Under the pieces are notes generated by a model. The model saw nothing but the letters and a program-made list of their open reading frames with translations. It did no database searches and was not told the DNA's origin. A program made the position numbers and the translations under genes. Source: an uncultured Pseudomonadota bacterium (GTDB taxonomy: Bacteria; UBA10199; JADFYH01). Taken from it: a stretch of 29,439 bases of DNA. The DNA lies in the NCBI GenBank assembly GCA_964609335.1, contig CAZSRQ010000013.1:1-29439 (forward strand), written 5' to 3'. Each line of letters opens with the position of its first letter. Positions within the stretch are counted from its first letter, which is position 1. Positions 16,925 through 26,053 of this stretch are shown one piece after another.

Positions 16925-17434
16925 TTATTTCTTCATTAAAAAATAAAGTCCCGCATAAGTTTTCGGATCAACCAGCTTTCCCTCTTTTTCTTTTTCCTTC
17001 AGCCAATTGTCGATTTTATTTAAATCGACTTCATGAACGGTGATCTTTTCATTTTCACTTCCTCCGCCGGCAGAAACTTTCTTCAGTTGAGTCGCCTTAA
17101 AAAAAGTGGCTATTTCTGCACTCAATCCTGACGAGGGGGGGCCGCTGGCAAGCGGTTCCATTTTTCCTGCTTTGAAGCCGGTCTCTTCCAGCAGTTCCCG
17201 CCCTGCTCCCTCTTCGAGTGTCTCTTTCGAGAACTCCTCGCTATCGCCGATCAATCCTGCCGGAAATTCAATGACATTTTTTTTCACCGGGATTCGGTAC
17301 TGTTCCACCAAAATCACTTTTTGATCGTCCGTGAGTGGAACTATCACCGCCACTCCGCTGCAGTTCTCTCTTTTGGCGTATTCCCAATGTCCTTCCTTGA
17401 CTAACGTGAGATATTTCCCTTTATAAATTTCCAT
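16925..17434 (-). CDS. NUDIX hydrolase (ADP-ribose pyrophosphatase-like)
   Basis: Nudix box GLIGDSEEFSKETLEEGAGRELLEETGF (G-x5-E-x7-REUxEExGU). Confidence 0.85.
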   Translation of the reverse strand: MEIYKGKYLTLVKEGHWEYAKRENCSGVAVIVPLTDDQKVILVEQYRIPVKKNVIEFPAGLIGDSEEFSKETLEEGAGRELLEETGFKAGKMEPLASGPPSSGLSAEIATFFKATQLKKVSAGGGSENEKITVHEVDLNKIDNWLKEKEKEGKLVDPKTYAGLYFLMKK

Positions 17435-17526
17435 AGAAATTGAACTTAGCAGAATTCACTTGAATGCAAAAATGATTTGATCAAAGGTAGGAGCCACTTC
17501 AGCATTCATTATCCAAGGAGAATTTC

Positions 17527-17937
17527 ATGGTTGAAATCGATTTGGTTTATCAAGGGGATTTGCGAGTCGAAGCGGTTCATCATCCTTCCAAAACAAAACT
17601 GATCACCGATGCGCCGGTGGACAATCATGGAAAAGGGGAGAGTTTTTCTCCCACCGATCTTGTTGCAACGGCGTTGGGGAGTTGCATGATGACAATTATG
17701 GCAATCGTCGCCGAACGGCATAAAATTGACCTTAAAGGAACCACAATTGTTGTCCGAAAACATATGATCAACGAACCGGTTCGTCGGATTGGTAAAATTG
17801 AAGTTGATTTTAAAGTTCCAAAAAAAATCAGCGAAAAAGATCAAAAGGTTTTAATGAATGCGGCAAAAACCTGTCCTGTTTATCAATCGCTCCATCCGGA
17901 GATTGAAAAAGAGGTTCAGTTTGAATGGGAAGGATAA
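17527..17937 (+). CDS. OsmC/Ohr family peroxiredoxin-like protein
   Basis: 136 aa. SFSPTDLVATALGSCMM and CPVYQSL carry the two conserved Cys of the OsmC fold. SD AAGGAG upstream. Confidence 0.85.
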   Translation: MVEIDLVYQGDLRVEAVHHPSKTKLITDAPVDNHGKGESFSPTDLVATALGSCMMTIMAIVAERHKIDLKGTTIVVRKHMINEPVRRIGKIEVDFKVPKKISEKDQKVLMNAAKTCPVYQSLHPEIEKEVQFEWEG

Positions 17938-17944
17938 AAATAAT

Positions 17945-18355
17945 ATGGATCAAGTGACTCTCGAACAGATCAACGGTGCCCGTAAAAATACGATCGCGGA
18001 GGTGTTGGGGATTGAGTTCACCCAATTCTCCAAAGAGAAAGTGGTGGCGACGATGCCGGTTGATCATCGTACGCATCAGCCGATTGGGCTTTTGCACGGT
18101 GGTGCTTCCCTCGTTTTGGCAGAAACGCTTGCGAGCATGGGGGGATGGCTCTGGGTTGCTGAAGAAGGGAAAAATGTGGTTGGGCAAGAGATCAATGCGA
18201 ATCATCTCCGTTCTGTCCGTTCGGGGATTGTGACGGGAGTCGGAGAGCCAATCCACATTGGAAGAAATTCTCAGGTTTGGGAAGTTAAGATTTATGATGA
18301 GGCGCAAAAGTTGATTTGCATTTCCCGCTGTACGTTGGCGGTATTGAAGATGTAG
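17945..18355 (+). CDS. PaaI/YbdB-type hotdog-fold acyl-CoA thioesterase
   Basis: Start chosen at ATG 17945 (MDQVTLEQIN), 8 nt after the OsmC stop. The upstream part of the tracked ORF overlaps OsmC. The HGGASLVLAETLASMGG motif is characteristic of PaaI/MenI-type thioesterases. Confidence 0.8.
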   Translation: MDQVTLEQINGARKNTIAEVLGIEFTQFSKEKVVATMPVDHRTHQPIGLLHGGASLVLAETLASMGGWLWVAEEGKNVVGQEINANHLRSVRSGIVTGVGEPIHIGRNSQVWEVKIYDEAQKLICISRCTLAVLKM

Positions 18356-18540
18356 TCGATCATCTCCTTTCCCATCGCTTTACCGGTAGAAAAACAGCCT
18401 CTTGCATCTTTCGTCCGCTTTACATTAGGGTGAAAAAACTGCAAATCCGATGATCGGTTGATAAAGAGGTTGTCATCCCGACCTGCGGTGAGATAGAAGA
18501 ATCATCCGAAAAAATCCATTTATCTGATGAAGAGGAATCT

Positions 18541-20799
18541 ATGAAATCTGAATCCTGGAAAGAAAAATTGTCGAATGAAATTTCCCCTGATTGGGCTGAA
18601 GAAATCAACGCGTTTGAATCCGAGATTGAACTCAAAAAACAGGGGAAGATTGAAGATCGTGTGTTTGCCGAAACAAGGCTTCGTCGCGGTGCGTATGGTC
18701 AACGTTATGATAATGGTCAGCGTCACGATGGAACAAAAACTCAAACTCTCAAATTCCGGGAAGAAGAGATTTATAAAGGTCCGCATACCTTGTGGGATGC
18801 CCCAGGAATGGAGCGAATCAAAATTCCTTTTGGAGGGATGACCGCCCAGCAGTGCGAAGTGATGGCGGAGCTTGCCGAAGAGTATTCCGACGGGATTGCC
18901 CATGTGACAACTCGCCAAGATTTTCAACTTCATTTTATTCATATCGAAGATACTCCTGATTTGATGCGGAGGCTTGCAGCAGTCGGGATCACTACCCGAG
19001 AAGCTTGTGGGAATTCTATCCGCAATATCACTGGCTGTCCTTACGCTGGTGTTTGCTCTGATGAGGCGTTTGATACCAGCCCCTATGCCAAAGCGGCGAC
19101 TTTCTTTTTGCTCGGTCATCCCGATTGCCAAGAGTTCGGTCGAAAATTCAAAATTGCTTTTTCAGGATGCGGAAAAAATGCCTGCGCGCTGGTCAATATT
19201 CACGACATGGGATTTGTCGCGGTCACCCGAATGGAAAATGGCGTTGAAAAGCGCGGTTTTCAAACGTTTGTTGGCGGTGGTCTCGGCTCAGTTCCACAAA
19301 ATGCAAAAGTTCTCGAAGAGTTTTTACCCGAAGAAGAGCTGTTACCGATGACCCAAGCGGTCGCGCGGGTTTATGCGAAATATGGAGAGAAAAAAGATCG
19401 AGGGCGAGCACGAATCAAATTTCTCATCAAAGATTGGGGAATTGATAAATTTAAAGAAGAAGTTGTGAAAGAGAGAAAAATTTTAAAAGAAGATTCTCGC
19501 TGGACTGATTATCTCCAAGAAACCCGAAAAGAGTTTGAATCTCCACTCAAAAAGTCAGAACCGTTAAAAACTCATCCAATCTCCGAAGAATTGAATCGAT
19601 GGATGAAAACCAATCTTCGCAAACAGAAGCAGGAAGGGTATGTCGTGGTGACGGTAAAACTTCCTTTGGGGGATATCACTGCCGATCAGCTTCGCGCGTT
19701 GGCCGATATTTCCAGAAAATTTGTGAAAGATACCATCCGCACCACCGTCGAGCAGAATATGGTTCTCCGTTGGGTCAGCGAGTCCGATCTCCCGGCACTT
19801 TATGAAGCATTGAAAAAAGCGGAGCTTGCCGATTCAGGCGCCGGAACGATTCTCGATGTGGTCGCTTGCCCCGGAACTGATACCTGTAAACTGGGAATTT
19901 CCTCTTCCCGCGGTCTCGCCGGAGAGCTTCGGGAGCGACTTGCCGAACAGGCGCATCTGATGGATGAGGCGGTTCAAAGTCTGCATGTGAAGGTGAGCGG
20001 CTGTTTCAATTCTTGTGGACAACATCATATCTCCGATCTCGGATTCTACGGAGTCAGCCGAAAAATCGCGGGATATATGGTTCCACATTTTCAAGTCGTT
20101 TTGGGCGGACAGTGGGAAAACAACGGTGGATCCTACGGATTACCGATGGGACCGATCCCCTCCAAGCGAATCCCAGAGGTCGTTACCCGTTTAACCGGTC
20201 GATATTTATCCGATCGGCAAAAACAGGAAAATTTCAAGGATTTTGTCCAGCGGGTCGGAAAAGTTGAAATCAAAAGTCTGTTGCAAGATCTGACTCAGGT
20301 TCCTTCGCATGACCAGGATCCCTCCTTTTACAGTGATTGGGGAAATCCGCGCGAATACACGACTGGCGATATCGGAATTGGCGAATGCGCAGGAGAAGTG
20401 GTTTCGATGACCGAGTTTGATTTGACCTCCGCCGAAAGAGAAGTTTTCGAAGCGCAGGTTTTACTCGATAAAAAAGAGGATCAGAAAGCGGGAGAACGGG
20501 CTTATCAGGCGATGCTCATCGCGGCGAAAGGATTGATTCGGACTGAACTTCGGGATGTTCCCACCGATCCGAATCAGATTATGAATGAATTTAAAACCCG
20601 ATTTTATGAGACGCAGGTTTTTTTCGATCCGTTTGCCGGTGGAAAATTTGCGCAATATTTTTTCATTGCGCATAAAAAGGCAGGTTCTACCTATACAGCG
20701 GAATCGGCTCATCAGCTAATTGAAGAGGCGAGTCTGTTTGTGGAGGCGGCTTATAGTTGTTATCACCGGTTGGGAGAGAAGAAAGTTTCTCTTTCTTAA
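18541..20799 (+). CDS. Ferredoxin-dependent sulfite/nitrite reductase (siroheme, NirA/Sir family) with a ~170-aa C-terminal extension
   Basis: Two nitrite/sulfite-reductase half-domains. The siroheme-[4Fe-4S] Cys cluster is ACPGTDTC (C-x5-C) plus SGCFNSCGQHH (C-x3-C). A degenerate first-repeat motif is TGCPYAGVC. The N-terminus resembles SirA/NirA. Residues ~580-752 have no recognisable family. Confidence 0.85.
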   Translation: MKSESWKEKLSNEISPDWAEEINAFESEIELKKQGKIEDRVFAETRLRRGAYGQRYDNGQRHDGTKTQTLKFREEEIYKGPHTLWDAPGMERIKIPFGGMTAQQCEVMAELAEEYSDGIAHVTTRQDFQLHFIHIEDTPDLMRRLAAVGITTREACGNSIRNITGCPYAGVCSDEAFDTSPYAKAATFFLLGHPDCQEFGRKFKIAFSGCGKNACALVNIHDMGFVAVTRMENGVEKRGFQTFVGGGLGSVPQNAKVLEEFLPEEELLPMTQAVARVYAKYGEKKDRGRARIKFLIKDWGIDKFKEEVVKERKILKEDSRWTDYLQETRKEFESPLKKSEPLKTHPISEELNRWMKTNLRKQKQEGYVVVTVKLPLGDITADQLRALADISRKFVKDTIRTTVEQNMVLRWVSESDLPALYEALKKAELADSGAGTILDVVACPGTDTCKLGISSSRGLAGELRERLAEQAHLMDEAVQSLHVKVSGCFNSCGQHHISDLGFYGVSRKIAGYMVPHFQVVLGGQWENNGGSYGLPMGPIPSKRIPEVVTRLTGRYLSDRQKQENFKDFVQRVGKVEIKSLLQDLTQVPSHDQDPSFYSDWGNPREYTTGDIGIGECAGEVVSMTEFDLTSAEREVFEAQVLLDKKEDQKAGERAYQAMLIAAKGLIRTELRDVPTDPNQIMNEFKTRFYETQVFFDPFAGGKFAQYFFIAHKKAGSTYTAESAHQLIEEASLFVEAAYSCYHRLGEKKVSLS

Positions 20800-20814
20800 A
20801 ATTCCAAGGATGTT

Positions 20815-20925
20815 TCCTCCCTTTGGAAAAGGGAGGTTAGGAGGGATTTAGTGCAACCAAACCTTAAGAAGTGCTCAACTCCTAGCACTAAATCCCCCTT
20901 AATCCCCCTTTTCCAAAGGGGGAGA
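20815..20925. repeat. Family-A palindromic element (full-length, ~110 bp)
   Basis: CCTCCCTTTGGAAAAGGGAGG-TTAGGAGGGATTTAGTGCAACC ... CCTAGCACTAAATCCCCCTTAAT-CCCCCTTTTCCAAAGGGGG. Terminal hairpins plus GGATTTAGTGC / GCACTAAATCC internal inverted repeats. Confidence 0.8.
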
Positions 20926-20978
20926 CCGGCAAGAGAGAAGAGAATAAAAGTGGTTTAAAGAAAAGGAAATAAATCTAC

Positions 20979-21572
20979 ATGAATCTTCAAAAATTAAATC
21001 TCAAAATTTTTATCGCAAATCCTGAAACGGTTCAGTTTGAAACTTTCATCCCGATTTTTCATCGCTGGATTCAGGAACAGAATATGAGTGATCTGTTGCT
21101 CGATGTGGCAGATTATCAACATGTGCCTTCCGGCCCAGGGATTATGCTGATCGCCCAGAATGCGAACTACAGTATTGATAATGCGCAGAACCGGTTGGGA
21201 TTTCTCTATAATCAAAAAACAGTTCTTGAAGGAAATAATCCCGATAAACTGAAAAAACTTTTTCAAACGACTTTGTTGACTTGTCAAAAGCTTGAACAAG
21301 AGGAAACTTTGAAAGGAAAGTTGAAATTTTTAACCAATGAGATGCAGTTCATTCTCAACGATCGTTTAAATGCTCCGAATACCGAAGAGACTTTTCAGAA
21401 AGTAAAAGGGGAAATTTCTTCTTTCTTGAATTCTTTTTTTGGTGAGAACAATTATTCACTTCATCGTCATTCCGACCCGCGCGAGAGATTTACGCTGGAG
21501 ATTAAAACTTCCGCCTCTTTTTCTTTGGATGAGCTCTTAAAAAAAAGTAATTACTCAGGTTATTCCAGATGA
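20979..21572 (+). CDS. Hypothetical protein (197 aa, no recognisable domain)
   Basis: Good SD (AAGGAAA) 8 nt upstream of the ATG. Coding-like composition. The last 8 codons (SNYSGYSR) and the stop codon lie inside the left terminus of the family-B repeat. Confidence 0.5.
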   Translation: MNLQKLNLKIFIANPETVQFETFIPIFHRWIQEQNMSDLLLDVADYQHVPSGPGIMLIAQNANYSIDNAQNRLGFLYNQKTVLEGNNPDKLKKLFQTTLLTCQKLEQEETLKGKLKFLTNEMQFILNDRLNAPNTEETFQKVKGEISSFLNSFFGENNYSLHRHSDPRERFTLEIKTSASFSLDELLKKSNYSGYSR

Positions 21573-21715
21573 TTGTCATCCCCGAGTGTTTTTATCGGGG
21601 ATCCCCCTACTCAAATATTGGATCAGGGGGATTCTCCTGCCTGCCTGCCGGCAAGGCACGGCGCCCAAAAGCCTACGGGAATGACAGTACTATTTTGGAT
21701 CAGCTGAGTAGTTAC
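21547..21715. repeat. Family-B palindromic element, copy 1 (~169 bp; TIR GTAATTACTCAGG / CAGCTGAGTAGTTAC)
   Basis: About 85-90% identical to 24943-25104 and in the same orientation. Internal hairpins: CCCCGAGTGTTTTTATCGGGG, ATCCCCCT...AGGGGGAT, TGTCAT...ATGACA. Confidence 0.8.
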
Positions 21716-21920
21716 AAAAAATAAATAAAATTTTTTTTATCGAGTAGAGCTGTAGTGTCCCCTCATCCCTCTTCTACCGAACGAAGAGCGTTCTTGAGTT
21801 AATTTTAAATTTTCCATCAATCAAAAGACAAATTTTGGTTGGATAAAATAAAAAGTTCTATATACTCCCATTCCATTCGAGGATTTCTAACCCAATCATT
21901 TTAACTAAAACCAAAGAAGT

Positions 21921-23369
21921 TTGTTGAAAGCAAAAAGCGGTGCTCGCACTATGGGATCTCTCCCGCCAGTTCATGCGTTGCTTCACTCTGCCGTCCAAGC
22001 GACCTCTCCGGTCGAACGTTTGTCTGATCTGGCTGGAAAGCCGATCGCCTGGGGCTGGCCCGCTTCTGTCTCTGCCAATTCTCTGGGGAGTATCGAAAAA
22101 GTGGGGATGGCCCAAGTGATAAAACCTTCTTCCAATCGGGCACTCGCAACCATTTTTTCCCGAGAGACCGGAAAGGGGATTTTTTTTTCAGGCAGAGTCA
22201 ATCTTCCGATTTCTCCGTTGGTCATTGGAGCAGTTGTTTGTGGAGTTGCCTTGCTGATTGCGTACGAGGTTTTCAATGAAAAATATCGGTCGCACATTTA
22301 TGAAGATCCGATTCACTCTTCGCAAACATTCATTCGAGATCCGGCAGAGGGTTCAGTCTTTTCGTTTATTTTTCCAGCTTTTGAAATCGCCTCGTTTCTG
22401 AGTCCCGATCCTGAATCGGATTCTTCCGATGATTTGAATGGCGAGAGATATATTTTTCCAACAGAATCTTCGAAAGTTGATCCGGTGAATGAAATCGGGT
22501 TTGATTCATCCCAGAAAATTTATTTGACGAGTGGAATGGTGCAGATACCACTCGAAGAGCAGGATACCGCCCCGATCAGGATTATCAAAGATGAGGCAAC
22601 AGGAGTCGAAATCAGGATTATGCGGGAACATGGAAAGGAAATTGTGGTGATCCAGGGAGGAATTCTTTTGGCCGATGTCCTGAAAAAATATCTTTCCGAG
22701 TTGATCATTCCCAATCATGCAGCCGGTCTCATCGAGAGAGCGAAAGTTGAAGCGGAACAGCAAAGGGTTTCCCATCTCTTCTCTCCATCCGAGGAGCAGA
22801 TTCCTGATATTGCCGCACACCATTTCCATCCCTTGACGGCGCAGGGAAATATTGCCCATTTTCATATTCCCGGAAATGTCGATCCGTGCGAAATGAGATA
22901 CGGGATTTTTTATCCGACAAAAAACTCTTTGGGAGATGCCTCATACCACCTTTATATTCCTCTCTTTCAACCAGAGATCGATCGCGATCTGTTTCAACTG
23001 TTTATAAGAATTGTCGGTCTTGTTTTCATGGAAGAATCGGTGAAAGCCGGTGTTTTTTCTTCCACACAACCGCGAAACCGGTTCGTGCAAAAAAGTGCAA
23101 CCGAATTTGAATGGATGGATCTGATTTTCGGACAAATTCTTTCTTCCGATAAAATCCTGCCGACGATCGACCGTTCGATCCGGGATATCCAGTCGCAAGA
23201 GACGTCAAAAACAGATGCCAAAAAAGTCGGTTTTGACAAGGTGTTGAAGATTTCTTTTTTATGGCATCTTCATGAAAAGGCAGAGGAGGAAAGATTTGCC
23301 GCACTGGCATTGCTCAGGGGATTGATCGCCAGAGGGAGATTGATGATTGTAAAGCCGATTCGGCAATGA
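21921..23369 (+). CDS. Hypothetical membrane-anchored protein (482 aa; one TM helix then a ~360-aa domain of unknown function)
   Basis: The tracked ORF begins at a TTG. Candidate ATG starts are 21951 and 22107. One hydrophobic helix (LVIGAVVCGVALLIAY). The first ~200 nt are markedly more GC-rich than the surroundings. Histidine-rich patch HHFHPLTAQGNIAHFHIPG. No known family recognised. Confidence 0.5.
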   Translation: MLKAKSGARTMGSLPPVHALLHSAVQATSPVERLSDLAGKPIAWGWPASVSANSLGSIEKVGMAQVIKPSSNRALATIFSRETGKGIFFSGRVNLPISPLVIGAVVCGVALLIAYEVFNEKYRSHIYEDPIHSSQTFIRDPAEGSVFSFIFPAFEIASFLSPDPESDSSDDLNGERYIFPTESSKVDPVNEIGFDSSQKIYLTSGMVQIPLEEQDTAPIRIIKDEATGVEIRIMREHGKEIVVIQGGILLADVLKKYLSELIIPNHAAGLIERAKVEAEQQRVSHLFSPSEEQIPDIAAHHFHPLTAQGNIAHFHIPGNVDPCEMRYGIFYPTKNSLGDASYHLYIPLFQPEIDRDLFQLFIRIVGLVFMEESVKAGVFSSTQPRNRFVQKSATEFEWMDLIFGQILSSDKILPTIDRSIRDIQSQETSKTDAKKVGFDKVLKISFLWHLHEKAEEERFAALALLRGLIARGRLMIVKPIRQ

Positions 23370-23400
23370 AGATCATTCAACGATTCATCTTTTGGTGAGC

Positions 23401-23823
23401 TCAGGACTGAATATACCGTTTAAGCTGGATATTCTCATCCTCGATTTCTTCAACGATCCACTCCAGGATATTTCTCATCGTGACCACTCCAACCACTTTT
23501 GTTCCATCGACAATCGGAATATGCCGACATCGGGTCTCTTCCATTTTTTTGAAACAGTTTTGGGTCGTTTCATCGATCGGCACGGTTGTAATATTTTTCG
23601 ACATCACTTCCGAGAGGGCTGTTTTTTCCGGGTCAAGATTTTTGGCGACGACCCGATTGAGAAGATCCCGCTCGGTAAAGATGCCTGTGAGCTGATCGTT
23701 ATCCATCACGAGAATGCTTCCGATCGAGCGGGAAACCATCGTTTTTACCGCTTCCAAAACCGTCGATTTTGAGGGAAGAGTCACGATTTTTTGGGATTTG
23801 ACCAAAGTTTGTAAAAGACTCAT
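23401..23823 (-). CDS. CBS-pair domain protein
   Basis: Two CBS motifs (ILVMDNDQLTGIFTERDLL and HIPIVDGTKVVGVVTMRNIL). 140 aa. Confidence 0.8.
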   Translation of the reverse strand: MSLLQTLVKSQKIVTLPSKSTVLEAVKTMVSRSIGSILVMDNDQLTGIFTERDLLNRVVAKNLDPEKTALSEVMSKNITTVPIDETTQNCFKKMEETRCRHIPIVDGTKVVGVVTMRNILEWIVEEIEDENIQLKRYIQS

Positions 23824-23917
23824 AAAAAAGTCCTTGTCTTTAAAGGGTTAAAATTTGCATAAACAACCGTCATCCATAGTCTAACAAAATCGGAATCAAA
23901 AAGTAAGGATCAGAGTT

Positions 23918-24919
23918 ATGCTGGAAAATTATTATTACTGGATCGGAATGGGAGTGGTCGGGGTTTTGATTGTCATGGTTCTTTTCCTGATTTTCAAAAA
24001 AAGCAGGAAAAAAACGGAGGATGCGCCGCTCACGGCCGGACTCAAAAAAACCCATGCAAATTTTTCCGCCAAAATTGATGAAATGCTTGGTCGACGTTCC
24101 AAGATCGATGGAGAGATTTTTTCCAGGCTCGAAGAAATTTTGCTGGAGGCAGATGTCGGGGTAAAAACAACGCAAAAGCTTCTTCAATCGATTACACAAG
24201 ATATTACGAAATCGGGAAAACAGGATATCCGGATGCTGAAAGGTTTTCTCAAACAAGAGTTGCTGAAGTTGTTGACGGAAGATCCCCCGACAAAAAATTG
24301 TCCGGAAATTCCCAAAGTCATTTTGGTGGTCGGGATTAACGGGGTTGGCAAAACCACCACCATCGGAAAACTGGCAAAAAGATTCCGTTCGAAAGGGGAT
24401 AAAGTTTTACTCGCTGGCGCAGACACTTTCCGGGCTGGGGCAGTCAGCCAGTTGAAAGTCTGGGCGGAGAGAGTCGGGGCTCAAACGCTTTCCCAAAATG
24501 ATGGAGCCGATCCCGCTGCGGTCTCCTACGATGCGGTCAAGGCGGCGACTGCCCGTGGCATGGAGGTGGTGGTGATTGATACTGCCGGAAGATTGCATAC
24601 CAAAATCAATCTGATGGAAGAGATGAAAAAAATAAAACGGGTGATCGGCAAGGCGAAAGAAAATGCCCCGCATGAAATTTATCTGGTGGTGGATGCAACC
24701 ACCGGTCAGAACGCCCTGATGCAGGCGCGAGAATTCAATGAGGCGCTCGGATTAACCGGCATCATCCTCACCAAGCTCGATGGAACTGCCAAGGGGGGAA
24801 TTGTCGTTGCCATCCATGATGAGTTGAAGGTTCCAATCCGTTATATTGGCGTGGGAGAAAGAATTGATGATCTGAAAGAGTTCAATGCAAAAGAGTTTGT
24901 CGATGCCTTGTTGAATTAA
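23918..24919 (+). CDS. ftsY: Signal recognition particle receptor FtsY
   Basis: N-terminal TM anchor. NG domain with [15 protein letters not shown] (G1), DTAGR (G3), TKLDG (G4). Confidence 0.9.
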   Translation: MLENYYYWIGMGVVGVLIVMVLFLIFKKSRKKTEDAPLTAGLKKTHANFSAKIDEMLGRRSKIDGEIFSRLEEILLEADVGVKTTQKLLQSITQDITKSGKQDIRMLKGFLKQELLKLLTEDPPTKNCPEIPKVILVVGINGVGKTTTIGKLAKRFRSKGDKVLLAGADTFRAGAVSQLKVWAERVGAQTLSQNDGADPAAVSYDAVKAATARGMEVVVIDTAGRLHTKINLMEEMKKIKRVIGKAKENAPHEIYLVVDATTGQNALMQAREFNEALGLTGIILTKLDGTAKGGIVVAIHDELKVPIRYIGVGERIDDLKEFNAKEFVDALLN

Positions 24920-24924
24920 AAACG

Positions 24925-25132
24925 CACGTTACGCGATTTTTTGTAACTACTCAGGTCATTCCCAATGATTGTCATCCCCGAAGGTTTTTTCGGGGATCCC
25001 CCTACTCAACAATTGAATGAGGGGGATTCCCCTGCCTGCCGGCAAGGCACGGTGCCCAAAAGCCTGCAGGAATGACAGTAATTTTGGACGAGCTGAGTAG
25101 TTACAAAAAAATTACAAAAAATCGCGTAACGT
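24925..25132. repeat. Family-B palindromic element, copy 2, nested inside an additional outer inverted repeat
   Basis: Core 24943-25104 (GTAACTACTCAGG...GAGCTGAGTAGTTAC). It is enclosed by CACGTTACGCGATTTTTT (24925-24942) and its reverse complement AAAAAATCGCGTAACGTG (25115-25132). Starts 6 nt after the ftsY stop. Confidence 0.8.
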
Positions 25133-25243
25133 GACTTAAAAATAAAACTTTGATTCTTAAAAAAAAATTATGCTACCATCCCTCCACACATAAAAAATCC
25201 GGCGTTTTTGGTGAATCTTCACATTTTCCTTGGAGGGGGGATT

Positions 25244-26047
25244 ATGGCAACGATTACTAACTCAACGGCGATACAAACATTGTCACTGTTGAGATCGAGT
25301 GGCATTCTTGGATTTGAAAAACTCCCATTGTCATCACCATCCTCTCTTGAAATTGAAAAAGATAAAGCGAACTACTATCTGTTTCGTCTCAGTTTACTCG
25401 GCGCCAATCAGACTCGTGGAATCATAGACTCGCAAGATTTGCAGGCGGTGAATACCGCTTTGCAAGAAAAAGGAAAAAAACCGTTATCTGAAAGACAAAT
25501 CCTCAATCTGGCGGGGGAGTTTCAAAGAAAATTTGGTGTTTCATTTCCGATGCAACTTTCAAATGGAAGACTCTGGGATCCTGCCAAAATCAAAGATCCA
25601 TCCCAGCAAGAAATCCAGAATTTAGCCCAAGCGTTGCAGGGCAACTCTATTGGTCCCGAAAGGCAAGTCATTACAATTCATAAAACCCCTGATCATGAAC
25701 GCGATACTACCGTTCTTCGCAAAACCGATATTCTTCTCACCTTTCTTCAAAATTCAGGGCTCGCCCAAAAAGATGGAGAGATGATCGCTTGGATAAAACC
25801 GGAGGAGGTAATTTCGATTCAGGCCGATTTTCATCATCATTCCAGCTTAAGGCAAGGGTTTGAGGTAGATGGAAAAACGGTTGTTTATCGAATTGTCTAT
25901 GAGGAAAAAGGTTCAAAAGAGAGTAAGTGGTTGGAGGTTGAGGTAAAATCTTTCGCTGAATATCAACGCGATCCAAATGCCAATGGTTATCTGAAAATAC
26001 TCGCGAAAAAAACCGAAGAGTTGATAAAACCGAAATTGAAGCTTTGA
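25244..26047 (+). CDS. Hypothetical protein (267 aa, soluble, no recognisable domain)
   Basis: Start placed at ATG 25244 (MATITNS), with strong SD GGAGGGG 5 nt upstream. The tracked ORF starts at an upstream TTG (25208). No TM or signal peptide. Confidence 0.5.
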   Translation: MATITNSTAIQTLSLLRSSGILGFEKLPLSSPSSLEIEKDKANYYLFRLSLLGANQTRGIIDSQDLQAVNTALQEKGKKPLSERQILNLAGEFQRKFGVSFPMQLSNGRLWDPAKIKDPSQQEIQNLAQALQGNSIGPERQVITIHKTPDHERDTTVLRKTDILLTFLQNSGLAQKDGEMIAWIKPEEVISIQADFHHHSSLRQGFEVDGKTVVYRIVYEEKGSKESKWLEVEVKSFAEYQRDPNANGYLKILAKKTEELIKPKLKL

Positions 26048-26053
26048 GAGATT

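Noticed and set aside
21921-22130. GC-rich ~200-nt stretch considered as a possible structured ncRNA (RNase P, SRP, tmRNA, 6S)
   Set aside because: No conserved motif of those RNAs (e.g. GGAAAGUCCGG for RNase P, GGAAGCAGCCA for SRP, a tRNA-like CCA end) is present. The region is in frame with the long downstream ORF. It is kept as the uncertain 5' part of hyp482 and flagged in the findings.
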